A stretch of 64,000 bases of DNA from Adineta vaga (lineage: Eukaryota; Animalia; Rotifera): assembly GCA_021613535.1 (NCBI GenBank), contig CP075492.1:3348001-3412000 (forward strand). The letters run 5' to 3'. This document shows, piece by piece, positions 27,360-40,393 of the stretch. The notes under the pieces are model-generated. The model was given only the letters and a program-made list of their open reading frames with translations, had not been told where the DNA came from and did not search any database. Made by a program: the position numbers and the translations under genes. Position 1 is the stretch's first letter; each line of letters starts with the position of its first letter.

Positions 27360-27816
27360 TAGTTGTATAAACCAAAATGACGATATTGTTAGTAAGGTCT
27401 ATGAGTACAATATAATCGATCATTGGCGAATGATATATACTTATCATTGTTTTTTCGACAGAGGTCTCTCTCTTTCTTTTGAAGGAAACAAAAAAAAAGT
27501 TAGAATATACTTTCGTTTTAGTTTAATCAACTCGAAAGAAAATAATGAAACTATAATAATGCTTTGGCAGTATCAACTTTTGATTGACTGATAAAAGATA
27601 ATAGTTGAGTAGTATATCATCTACTATGATTCCAAACACGCTAACACAGTATAAATGAGGATGTTGGTGTCGGTTTACGTCAGTGTCTCTATTAACTCTC
27701 ACATCCTTTGTATCGGTCCACCAGACCTAACTTATATTCTGTTACGATCTTATGTACAACGGTATTTACGAACATCGAAAACAATCATCAAAGAAAAATT
27801 TTTGATTCCCCCTAAT

Positions 27817-27930
27817 CAGTGGCGTAACCAGGATTTTCAAATGAATGGGCAGAAACGGCTAATTTTGACAAAAATGTTGAGCGAGAAGAGGCAAAGTTTT
27901 TTTCGATGGGCAGAGGGTTTTAAACGCGGT
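27817..27930 (+). mobile_element. Possible solo end of a DNA transposon/MITE
   Basis: GC-richer start CAGTGGCGTAACCAGG with repeated GGGCA/AGGCA motifs; no partner end found. Confidence 0.25.
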
Positions 27931-28292
27931 AAAAATTTATAAAAATAGCGAAACAAAGAAAAGAAAAATCCAGTAATAATATAAAATAGAAAGAATCTGG
28001 TAATAAATATACTTTAGACAAACTTTCTTCATCTTTTATTGAGCCAAATTGGTCTCAAAATATGTCATTGGTACAACACAGTCTTGATCAAGGGACTCAG
28101 AATCTTCATGTGCATAACTCATGCAGAATACTGTGTATATGAGAAGTCTACCACTGGGAAATATTTTCTTTTTCTTATTTAAAACGTCTCAATATCTTAT
28201 TGATACAGAACAAAAAACTTGACAAAAACGATAATTTTGTACAGTCATTCAAATGCAAATTTTCGACAGATCTAACTTCATACAGTTCTTAG

Positions 28293-28350
28293 TTGAGGAT
28301 GGGTGTAAGTATGAGAGTTGTTTTGATACATCCACACCCACACCCTCAAG
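28293..28350. repeat. Short hairpin element, TTGAGG(G/A)TG... / ...CACACCCTCAAG family
   Basis: TTGAGGATGGGTGTAAGTATG ... CATCCACACCCACACCCTCAAG; related copies elsewhere in the window. Confidence 0.6.
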
Positions 28351-29248
28351 ATTGAAATCACCCTGAAATAATCAACATTCATTTAAGACAACTTCATTGA
28401 GATCAAAGACTCGACAAAGAATATTTTCATTACATAAAATTAAACAAGATCTTGACAAAATTTGACCTTGATAATTAGCCGATTGAAATTGAAAACCAAT
28501 GGAAGAAAATTGAATTGTCGATTGATAATTATATTGATAAATAGGAATTATAGAACAAAGCGAATGATATTATTCACTTCAATTTTGATTGAACATCGTC
28601 TATAGTAAAAAGTACTTTTTCTTGAAGAGAAGTTTATCATGCCAGAACAAAAATACCGAAAATACCCAAGGTCATGAATAACATCGATCCATTAAATACT
28701 TATTCTTACTATATTCATATAAATATTCGAAACTACTTCAACCAGAAAGAAAAGATGATACATTAACATATTGTTTTTTATTACGGAGGTGAAAACTATA
28801 ATCCTTGTATTTGAAAATTCACAAAATTATAATTGATTTGATCTTCTATTTCCATCAATGATAATCGAACTTCATTCTACATTTTCTGATCAATGTATTC
28901 TTCATACAATCAGTAAATGAATCTTCAGAACAAGAAATTATGTTCGCTGACAACAAATTAGTATCTTTAGAACGTGTTTGTCTCTCTCACACCCACACAC
29001 TTCAATGTATAAAAAGATATTAAAATATCAGATTTCTATCTAACGATTGTGCATACCTAAAAAAATGTAAATGATTGATGACCAACTCTTTATGTGCGAT
29101 AGTAACAGAACGATAGTATTCTATCGGCTAAATCTTCACTCATGTCTTCAAGATTAAATTTCAATTTATTAATAAATGAGAATGAATTAGTGATTAAATA
29201 AGATTTCTAAACTATATTGTTTATAATTAATCGATATCAAAGTTTATG

Positions 29249-31905
29249 TTAGAAACATTCCATAGTCAAACCAGAATTCCTTTTAGATTCAAGAACTTGA
29301 CGACTTTTATATCCAATATTGTTCATCGCAAGAGAAAGCTTAGTTAGTGTCTATATAAAATTTAGAGGAAGATATTAGAAATTTAAAAAAAGATTATACC
29401 TTGTTATTTGGTAACATATCAGCAAAATATTGAGCACCTTCATCGCCGATTCTATTACCTGACATGTTAAATTCAGTCAACGTCTATTATATGATCAAAT
29501 GTGGTTACAATTCTAAGATCATTGAATAAAAATAAAAAGATTACCGTATTATTTCTCAAAGCATCCGCCAAATATCGAGCACCTGTAACTTCAATTTTAT
29601 TAAATCCAAGATCCACTGAAGTTAACATCTGTATGAAGAAGCATAGAGAAAAAATATTTGATAAAGAATAAAATAATCACCGTGTTATATTGTAGAAGAG
29701 TAGCAAAGTGTCGTGCACCTTCATTTCCAAGTTGATTCGATGAGAAGCCTAGTGTAGTAAGCGTCTATTTGAAGATAGATCATTAATCAAAGAATGAATA
29801 CATAAACATAACTTAAGTACCGTATTTTTTTTCAAAGAATCAGCAAGAGGTTGAAGAGCGTTTTCTTCGAATTTATTAGATCCCATTTCAAGTGTTTTTA
29901 ATGCCTATACGAATATAAAAAAACATGAGGAAAACAATAAGATGATACAGAGATAAATTTACCGTGTTAGTTTCTAACGCATTAATCAGGTGTTGAAGAC
30001 CTTCGTCTCCAATTTCACTTTCATCAATGGTGATAGTCGTTAATGTCTATGGAAAAACTTTAGGAGAAAATGATAGAAAATAATCAATGTACCTTATTGG
30101 TGCGTAAGATACTGGCTAACTGTTCAGCTCCCTTATCTCCTATGTTACTACCACCCATTTGGAGCGAAGTCAGCGTCTAAAAGGTGTGATCAGACGGAGA
30201 GAAACAAAGATAAACCGAAAATTACCCTGTTATCTCGTAGACTATCAAGGAGATGTTGAACACCTGTCTCTCCAATTTCATTTCGGAAAACACCTAATTT
30301 CTTAAGTGTCTATGAAGAAATAGAAGACAAGAATAATCATGACAGAAAGTAAAGAATATCAACTATTCACTGTATTATCTCGTAAAAATTCTGCTACAGC
30401 TTGTGCTCCTTGATCGCCCATTTCGTTAGCTTGAATGAAAAGTTCATCGAGTCCCTATGTTAAAATTAAATAAGAATAAGAAAGTAGATGTGTAAACTGC
30501 AGAAGATTTTCACTGTATTTGTTCGTAATCCATCAATTATATATATTGTGCCTTCGCTTCCAATTCGAGTAAATCCAATATCAAGAGATTTGAGTGTCTA
30601 TAAAAATAAAAACATAAAAATGAAAATAGGATGGGAACGTACTGTGTTTATTCGTAATGAATCAGCTAGATATTTTGCTCCTTCACTGCCAAGCTCGTTG
30701 TTGAAAAGTTCGAGAGAAGTAATTGACTATATGTAAAGAACAAATGAAGATGAATTCAAGAGATAAGGATATTTAATGAAAAAAATTACCGTGTTAGCTT
30801 TTAAAGCATTTGCCAAATGTTCAGTAGCTTCAGATGTAATACCAGCATTAGAAAGATTCAATGAAGTAAGTGTCTTTAGTCAAAATAAAAAATAAAAATT
30901 GGAGTATCAATAAAAAGGAAGAAGACTACCGTATTTGTTTTCAATGCATCCGATAAGAGTCGAATTCCTTCGGTATCACATGAGGTAGCTACAAGACTGA
31001 GTCCAGTAAATGTCTAAAAACCAAATATTCAGTGAATTATAACTTACATAAGTCAATATATTTTCGAAATTTTCGTTTATATTTGTTCTTTTCTTTATAT
31101 AAAATAGAAAAGATCTATATTCTTACTGTATTGTTTCGTAAAGCCTCAGCTAAGGCACCCATATCTTGACCAGTCAACTCTTTCATTGATAAGTCTAGCA
31201 TTGATGAATTTACATTTTCTGCAATGAATTCTTCGAGATTGAACGGTACTTCTGGAACAATGTCAACAGATGACAGTGGTTCTTGTTGCTCTTCATCTTG
31301 TTGTGTAAGATCTGTATAATGAAGAATAAATAATCAACATGTTTTCTTGTTTACTTACCGAATGAAAAACTATTATTTGGAAAAAAACGAAGATTAACCA
31401 AACGGGCACCAGTGTACATAAACCAGATGAGAAAAATACATTTACCAAGCCAATAAAAAAGCAAGAAATCAAATAGACGATGTGCAAAATATTCAATACA
31501 TCCAAGTAAGGAATAAACGATCCAATAAGTTAACCAGCTTCTTTCATCATATATTCCTGGTAGTTTAAGAGCTAATATTCTTTTAAGAGAAATAGATATA
31601 CAAATGATTTCCCTTAACTTACGATGCGAACGTAGGATAGAGAATACCGATGAAATTGCAAACAAAATCATTTCCCCATCCAACGATTAGATAACTAACA
31701 AGAATACCAACTAAACCTAAATGTAAAAGAATCGATTAGATAGGTGAAAAAACATGGATAGAAATATACCAAGTCCAAGAATTGAACGTTCTAAATGTAT
31801 TTTTTGTTCGATAATTTCTAAAAACGGACTCATTTGTTCGTTGTATAAATATGGATTGAGTTTATTTTTCAGTTTAAGAAAGCCAGATTGAAATATCGAA
31901 ACCAT
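29249..31905 (-). CDS. REEP/DP1/Yop1 (TB2/DP1/HVA22) domain fused to ribonuclease-inhibitor-like LRR array; apparently intact
   Basis: REEP motifs CNFIGILYPTFAS..WLTYWIVYS..FYWLGKCIFLIW splice in frame to an acidic linker exon (DLTQQDEEQEP..LAEALRNNT), twelve 84-nt phase-0 exons (TLxxLxLxxNxIGxxGAxxLAxxLxxNT type) and a last exon ending TMECF*. Confidence 0.8.
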
Positions 31906-33892
31906 GTTTATTGATTTCGATCCGATATCAAAACTCTAATAAATAAAACTAAATTTTGTCAGTTAATAAAACAGAATGTCCTCAAGAAAAAGAATTGAAA
32001 CACTCGAACATTTCGACAACTATGTGTATTATGTATATAAGATCAAGGTGACATCATATAGAAACATGGATGATGTGTACATGTCTACAGTGGATAAGAA
32101 AATGAGTTTTCTCTTATATTGAATAGCGAACAACTTACATATCACGCACACACATACAGAAAAATAAATGAATGCAGTAAGCAATTTACCTGGCTGACTA
32201 AGTACGTTTTTTTTCTTTCTCTTATGTTTCATTTGAAAAGAAAACAATCATTTGTTTCAAAAATATGTATCTATGCAAAAATCAATTCTATTTTGTTGGA
32301 ATAAGAAATTGAGGATTTGATATATATATGCGCGAAATTAATTTTCATCAAATCAAATGAAAATAAGAAAAAATACCATATTGTGTCATAATGATATGTT
32401 AAAAGAATTTCAAAGTTTCTTTTTATCACTTCTAATACAAAAATGTGTGTATAAAAAAAGCTCGCAAAATAATATTTCTTTTTCTAATTTTCTTTGCTCG
32501 TTCTACACGTGTCTATGCATTGCTTCGTTACTTGCACATAATTCATTATAAATTGTCAAAAGAAAAAACGAGAAGAAACGATCGCTAGTAAAATGTATCA
32601 TTAGAAGAAAAGAAAAAAACCTAGTTCTCGTCAGTATTAGTGCACATTGACCTGTTGAGTATATAATTGGCCACAAATGAATGTTCCTGATATCGTCAAA
32701 AAAACAATCATACAGGGGTATATTACTATGCAGATTTTTTTCATTGAGAAAGTCAGTGTCGATTAAATAACAATTCATTTTAATTCTGCACACTATCAAT
32801 CGCGTCTCGTACAAAGATATAAATACGCTATTACATTGACTGCGCGCCATATGGATGAGGTGTATCTCTTCATATTGAACTCGATCTTGTTCGATTTGAA
32901 ACAGCTTGAAATAAATTTTACATTGTTAAAAATTAGAATTTTTTGTGCTTATTTATTGATTTCAGAGTGTTTCCATTTATTCTAGGATATTGTCGTTTTA
33001 GACCACGTACAACATTCCATGAAATAGCATTTCGAGAGAGAGACATAAATCATGAAGTGTCTAAATATAGAAGAAAATATGATTATGAAAGAAATGAAAA
33101 AAAAAGATGAGAATCATCGCATTATAAATAAAGCGTCAATGAAATGTTGTGTTCTAGTATCTTTAATTTCATTGTATTTCGAAAGATACCAGCAATATAT
33201 GGTGTGCACCGGTCTCTTTGATTTGATTGATTCGAAGTTCTAATGTGGTGAATATATTTTGTCTTGAGAAGAAGATAGACGTGAGAAAGATGAAAAGAGG
33301 ATAAAAAGTACCGTATAGCACTTGGAACATACTCTAGATCAGAAATGCTGTAATATTTGTAGTCAAGATCTCATTTGATAAGTGTCTATATGTTGAAAAG
33401 AAGATGACTATGCAATTTACGTATTAATCTTTTATGGGTATTTCCGTTAACATCATGCGAGTGATTTAGTAAGTATTTGTGATTGGAAAATGATAAAAGT
33501 AGTTTCCATAGCGAAATCTCAATTAATAATAGCTGTAGTTTTTTTAACGGCTTTGAGAAAACATTCCTAGTGTAAAGGAATCTCAGATCCCATATCGTGC
33601 TCATAGTAATGAGTTTTCAGCTATATTCCGTTTTTATGTCTCATTCCTTAATGGAATCTGATTGGCGTAGAAAAACAGCGAAAAAGATGAAGCGTACACT
33701 AACTTTGCTTTAATTAAACTAGAGTAAAACATTGATCAAGCATTAGTGGTACATGTTTCTCAGTATCAAAACCAGAAAATCAATGGGATAATAATTTTAT
33801 GAATGATACGTATTTGTAATGGTTAAAGATTATCAAGAGTTTTATAGACCAACCCAACGCGTAATATCTGCAGAGAATAATTCATATTCGTG

Positions 33893-36610
33893 AGGATTAA
33901 TTGTATTATTTTGTAAACAATGTGTTATTCAATCTCTTTTAATGATGGTTTAGTTTTTTTCGATCTCTATATAATTGAAAGGTATCATAAGAATGAAAAA
34001 CAAATAGTTCTACGGGAATTAGTCTCATTTTATTGTAGAGGAGATATAATAAATACATTTATTTTATTCTTCTATAAATGTTTAATATTAAAATTAACTT
34101 TCGTTAAGAAAGAAAAAAAAAGTTCCTTCAATCTTTATTCTGCTTCTGCTGCAGCCAATGCTCTTTCCATTGCATCAATAGTTCGTCGTAAATCATTTCT
34201 TTTCTGTTCTAAAATAGGTAATTCCTTCATAACTTTTAACAATTCTGAAGGAGTCAATGCTGTATTTAACTTATTATCAAGAATAAGAACACCATTACGA
34301 ATAAACCAATATTCACAACGTTGAGATAAATGATCATTAATTCGAGCATGTACAATTGAACAGTAAGCTCTTAAACCAAGTAGAGCATCATGAGCTGCTA
34401 TATCACTATTCGGTGTTGTTGTTGTTGCTATAGAAATAGAAATAAAAATCAATTTCATAGTTTAATCAAATTCTAACTGACTTGATTGTTTTTTTAATTC
34501 CATAAATGTATTCATATATTGTGGATTAACAGTAAACACTTTTTCTTCGATTTCTAACATTTGTTGAACATGTTCCATACATTTTTCTTTACTTATTCCA
34601 ATAGTTTTCTTAATGATTTTACTTAATTCTTGACCTAAAGGTAGTTTATAAGCTGCTTCTTTTGGTAAAACACTTTCCAAAATATACATGAGACAACAAG
34701 TGATATAATCTTCTACCCAAACAACTAATTCTTTACAAGGTCTTTCCAATTTCTTATGACATGGCTGATACAATTGTTGAATAATATTAAATGTTGGAAA
34801 ATTCGGTAAACCACCACCATAATTTTCTTCAATTAATTTCAAAGTTATGCCACGTTGTTTTTCCGAAGCAAATTGTGATAAAATCTGTTGAATTTGATTT
34901 GAAGTTTCTTTTCCAATCATTTTCAAATGAAAAGCAATACGTTCATCCCATTTATTACGTGCCTTGGGATCGAATGTTTCTCCTGCTTTTTCCGTATTGA
35001 TCGCATAATCTCCTTTGGCACATTTTTCTACAGCTGTTCGATAACTTCGAAGAATCTCAATAAAAGCAATTCTCGCATCATTTTCTGTCAAAATCGCTGA
35101 TGGAAATCGTTTAAGTTCTTCTCGTGCTAATTCAATTCTGTGTTTAACTTGTTCAATAATTATTGGTAATGTTGATCGAATTCGATTTTGTTGAACTGAA
35201 ACTAATTTCTTAACTAATTCATAACTTCCTAAATATTGTTTCGGTACATTCGTAAATGCTACATTTTTACGAAAGAAATCTTGTTCTCGTCTTCTCATTT
35301 CTTCAAATGAAATGTTCGCATCGATTTCTTCTTGTTTACGATTAAGGACAGCAACACAACCTAACGAGAAAGCGATTGAACCAGGTCCAACACCTTGTAG
35401 TTTATCTCCAATGCCTTGATCATGTTTGTCAATTTTAGAAACCGCGATGATTTGTCGTTCATCTAAAACAAAACAAAAAATATTCGAATTAAAACAATTT
35501 CAATCGTTCTTTCGAACATCTTGGATCATATTGTTGACAGATTTGAATCGATTCAGATGTTGTAAAATCAACACATGATGGAATGACATGTAAAACAATC
35601 GCTGATTCAGGTTCAACACATTTATGAATTAATGCAACAATATCTTGATAGACTGTTGCTTTTTGACCTTTTTCTTGTGCACGAACAATTCCTATAATGA
35701 ATTCGAATACTATTCATTTGTTTCTTCTACAAAGAATTCTCACCTGGTAAATCAATCAATGTCAAATCATCTTGAACATTTTGTTTGTAAACAGTAAGAA
35801 AAATAGGTGATGAAGAAACACTGATCGCATCACCAGTTAAATGATTCGTACATTGAACAACCGCATCAGATATTTGTGAAAGATCTTCCAACGTCGTCTC
35901 TTCAACTCCTTCACATCGAATTGTAGCATGATCTTTTTTATCAGCTGGAGCGCGTTTGATACGTAGTTCCAATGGACAACGTGTACAAATTCCTTGTGCT
36001 CGTGGTAATTCAACGCCACTGATAGCTTCTAATATCGATGATTTTCCTACCTGAAGAAAAAATATCGAATTATTCTCAAATGAAAAATAGCAACCATTTG
36101 ACTTTATACTGATTGTTCGCCAACGACAACAATTTGTGGAAGTGCAATCTTTTCTAAATGCAAGATTTCACGCATTTTATCGACTTTTTGAAGTAATCGA
36201 CGACATTTTTCTGAATTCACTTCTTCATTGATAATATCAATTGGATTTGAACTACTCATCTTGATGTAGTTACGATTTCAATGTATTACGATTTTATGAT
36301 CTGAAATGTTTGGTAAAATTCTGTATGAATTTACATGAAGAATTTCGCGTCTTTTTTATCAGAAAAAAAGTGCACAATCTTACGTTTTTTACTCTCATTA
36401 TATTTACCATCACATATCTTGAAACAACAAAAAGAGAATGCATTCTGATTAAGTTTTGCATATTGTGTTTATTTAGTAATAAGTGACAGAAAAAATACTT
36501 TAGTTTTTTGTCTTTCTCGTTGACAATATAATTCTTACACGACAAAACAACCTCACAAAACAACCACTTTGAGACATGTCGTTTGTGTTTTTAGATACAG
36601 AAATACGAAT
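33893..36610. repeat. Left arm of a ~2.7 kb inverted duplication (partner 46391-49108)
   Basis: Reverse complement matches 46391-49108 through upstream region, exons, introns and 3' flank. Confidence 0.9.
34135..36259 (-). CDS. Mx-like dynamin-family GTPase, copy A (5 exons)
   Basis: LPQIVVVGEQS/VGKSSILEAISGVELPRAQGICTRCPLELR, DLTLIDLPG, SKID, middle domain and GED; no PH or proline-rich domain. Confidence 0.9.
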
Positions 36611-36847
36611 GCGGGCGAGGATGAGCGAATGCATATTTTCTCACGCCTACATCCATCTTCTATCAAACGGCTGGCCGATTAAGAATGGCGGGCTCTGCAT
36701 TTTGATTATAACCTTTTGTTGTTTTATCGTTGGAGCTAATTCTATTGTCAAAAGATGCGCCGTCAAATTTTCGACAAAATTGCGATGAAACATATTTCTA
36801 TAGGAATTGAAGAAGAAAACTAGACGAAAATTATTTTACAGATATGA

Positions 36848-37229
36848 AGTACTCAACTTTCAAACCTGGTATATGCCTCACGGACGGATAATATTTGTAT
36901 GCTTTTTATTATTGCTAATAGCATTTATTTTGAACTCAGAGTATATGCTGAGGTGCAGCGTGAAAAGCTCTATAAGCTGCAATAAAAATCTGATAATATG
37001 AATGCACAGAATCGCACGTAATCAAGTGTCGACACTAGAAATAAAATCGTTTTTGGTTATGTAGTGGGTTCTGCTTATTTTAAGAACCAATGATATGTAG
37101 ACTGTTCGTTACCAGTTGTAGAGCTTTTCATGCTACATCTTCTAGCATAACTTGATTTTAAAACAAACGATGTAAACTATAAATCTTTTTATTCAAAAAA
37201 CAGTCTTTATCTTTGAAAGTTAAGCATTT
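36848..37229. mobile_element. Degenerate foldback/MITE-like element
   Basis: TATGCTGAGGTGCAGCGTGAAAAGCTCTATAAGCTG (36944) pairs with CAGTTGTAGAGCTTTTCATGCTACATCTTCTAGCATA (to 37149); outer arms ACTCAACTTTCAAA / TTTGAAAGTTAAGC. Confidence 0.55.
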
Positions 37230-38311
37230 TATATAGAGGGAAGGTCGACAGATGGTTGGCATGGTCATGTGGGCTGGTTGTGACGATTTTCAATCGAAGA
37301 GGCTCTAGCGCTGCTAGAGCTACGCTTTTCTTTATTTCTTCATATGATATATCGCATCGTTCTCACACAAAACATTCACTTATATACCTTTCCGAAAGAG
37401 AAAAGAAAGTACAAAGGATTATAAGGATAAAATACAGAATAGAAACAAAGTGCAAAGTAAGGACACATATAAGCATGTAACATTTTTTCACTGATTCATT
37501 ATAGTTGTAGTACAATTTTTTTAATGATCTATTCTAAGACACTTAAAATATTCAGAAATTGTCTCACTTAAACACTCAAAAACGAATAGAAAGATATTAA
37601 ATTTGATCACAGTTTTAGTTGTGTGCAGGATCCCACGAATATTTTTATTATGACGACGAGATTTTAGTATTCTTCTCTTATACCTACACACACTCAATTC
37701 ATTGAGATACATCTGACACTAAACGATGATAAATATTTGTCGTTGAGAATATTGTCGATGGTACATAGGTATTCAAAAGACAACGATAACGAATTAAATG
37801 ATATGAATGTCAATTCATTCATTTTTTTCTTACAATATTTCTTCAATTTTTAAAATAGATAAAATAAAAAAGATCAAATCGTTTCTAACAATTAACAAAC
37901 ACATATTTAACCTTTTTATCACAAGTACATATAATAAAAAGTACAATCGTCTACTATCATGTTTGAATAATTTACGTAGTAGAAAAATAACAACAAAGTT
38001 TACCTGTACTTTCCATTTTGCATAATCGATAACACCTTTTCTTTCGTTTCTGTGTATAACTTTCACAAGATACAACATTCTTCTTCAAGAAAAAAGTTAT
38101 TTATCACTCACATGTTCATTTATAAAATACGCAAATAAATTCCAACATACCAATCAATAGATGTGTACAAGCATGTGATCACACACTTATATATACAGTA
38201 GTCATGATTGATAACATCTTATTATATCCCGCAAAGACTTGATGGTATACGATATCTATCTGATATAAATAGCTCGAAGATTTTTCTTGTTTACCATATT
38301 CATACTTACTT

Positions 38312-39976
38312 ATGTCAGGCAAAGAAAAAACCAAAATGTCCGATGGTGTCTACTCAAAACTTCGTGAAAATCCAATGGCAATTGTTGTTTCAGCATTTGC
38401 TGCATTTGGTGGATCTCTATATGGTTATGATATAGGTACAATATCTGGAATTATCGATATGCCATATTTTCTTCAAATATACGATCATTTACAACAAAAT
38501 ACTACTTTAGAAACAACATATATTCTTGATTCTCGTGATAAAAGTTTAATTGTATCAATTTTATCAGCAGGCACATTTTTTGGTGCATTACTTGGTTATC
38601 TATCGAGTGATTATCTTGGTCGTCGATGGGGTTTAATCTTAGCATGTTTGATTTTTTCAATTGGTGTGGCATGTCAAACAGCAGAAACAGCCACTCCATT
38701 ATTCGTCGTTGGTAGGATTATTGCTGGTTTTGGTGTTGGAATTATATCTTGTATTGTTCCAATGTATCAGAGTGAATGTGCACCAAAATGGATTTGAGGT
38801 GCAATTGTATCTGCTTATCAATGGTTTATCACAATTGGTTTACTTATTGCTGCAATTATTAACAATGGAACAAAAGATATTATGTCTTATAATTGTTATC
38901 GAATTCCACTGGGTATACAATTAGTTTGGGCAGCGATTCTTTCTATTGGAATGTTTATTCTTCCTGAATCACCTCGATATTTAGTTTTAAAAAGACGAAT
39001 TGATCAAGCCCAAAAATCACAATCTCGACTTTCTTCGAAAAAAGTTGAAGATCCTGATGTTTCTAAAGATATTGACGAATTAGTTGCAAATACCGAATTA
39101 ATGAAACAATATGGTAGTGGATCATATTTAGATTGTTTTAAAATGGGTCCACAAAAAAATCTTCTAAGAACATTAGTTGGAATCTTTCTTCAAGCTTGGC
39201 AACAATTAACTGGTATAAATGTTATATTTTATTATGGTACATCATTTTTTCATTCTTCGGGAATCTCACAACCATTTTTAATAACAATTGCAACTAATGT
39301 TGTCAATGTTGGCATGACAATTCCCGGAATGTTATTAATGGATAAACTTGGTCGACGAAAAATCTTAATTATTGGTGCTGCCGGAATGTTAGTTTGTGAG
39401 TATATCATTGCAATTATTGGAACTGCTGTTGGACAATCAAATCAAGCAGCTCAAAAAACATTAATTGCCTTTGTTTGTGTTTATATTGCATTTTTTGCAT
39501 CGACATGGGGTCCAGCAGCATGGGTTGTTACCGGTGAACTTTATCCGATTGCAGTTCGAGCAAAATGTATGTCATTATCAAGTGCTTCAAATTGGTTATT
39601 TAATTTTGCACTGGGTTATGCTACACCATATATGGTTGATGAAGATAAAGGAAATATGGGATCGAAAGTTTTCTTTATATGGGGTTCGACTTGTTTAGGT
39701 TGTCTCATCTTTGCAATATTTTGTATTTGGGAAACAAAAGGTTTATCACTTGAACAAGTTAATTATCTTGTGAGAAATTCATCACCAATTACATCGGCGA
39801 AACTTAATGAAAAACTTAAATCAGGTGCAATTATGGAACATGAAATGAGTAATACTGCACAAATTCAATTTTCTAAAACTTCTCTTCAAGTTGAAGACAT
39901 CTCAACTGATATTAAAAGTCCAAGAGAAAAGAATATATCTTCTGATGATATATCAGCTGTTCATGCAAGATTATAA
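38312..39976 (+). pseudogene. Fungal-type MFS sugar porter (high-affinity glucose transporter-like), intronless; in-frame TGA at 38795-38797
   Basis: AAFGGSLYGYDIG, DYLGRR, VPMYQSECAPKWI*GAIVSAYQ (stop at the normally conserved Arg), PESPR, QQLTGINVIFYYG, WGP, ETKGLSLE; frame is continuous across the stop. Confidence 0.88.
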
Positions 39977-40171
39977 ATCTCAACAGTTTTTACTCAAAAC
40001 TGAATAAACTTGTGTTTTTTTATATGAAATAGATTTTGAAAGTTCATTGTTTTGTATTATTTTGAATCTCTAATAAAAATGAATCAAAGAATAAATTGGT
40101 CAGACGAATTGAGTGTTGTTGTTTTTACTATTGAATTTGTACCATTATCTTGACATAATGACAGTGGTGTT

Positions 40172-40232
40172 AAACTTGAAATTTGGATTCAATTGAAACA
40201 CAAAATTTTAATTGAATTCAGATTTCAAGTTT
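40172..40232. repeat. Inverted repeat between convergent genes
   Basis: AAACTTGAAATTTGGATTCAATT ... AATTGAATTCAGATTTCAAGTTT (21 of 23 positions pair). Confidence 0.55.
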
Positions 40233-40393
40233 CAAATGAACTATCCTATTTGAAAATCCGCTATAACACCCTCACCTTCACACATCTTTCAATTCAAAAT
40301 AACTTTCAAGTTTTACATGTATGTCGGGGTTTTTCCATGCATTCGTTCTCAAACATATAAATGAGTCAAATTGTGTTGTCTACGAGAATTATT

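Noticed and set aside
24888-31015. Regularly spaced ~140-nt periodicity resembling a CRISPR array
   Set aside because: Units are 84-nt LRR exons separated by GT-AG introns; no identical direct repeats and no cas genes.
32000-33850. Numerous short ORFs (also 36294-38200, 44200-46100 and 52100-55400)
   Set aside because: Low-complexity F/I/K/L-rich translations without motifs or splice structure; expected noise in AT-rich intergenic DNA.
20906-38797. Alternative genetic code or programmed readthrough as the explanation for in-frame stops
   Set aside because: TAG, TGA and TAA all serve as normal terminators in neighbouring intact genes, and frameshift lesions co-occur.
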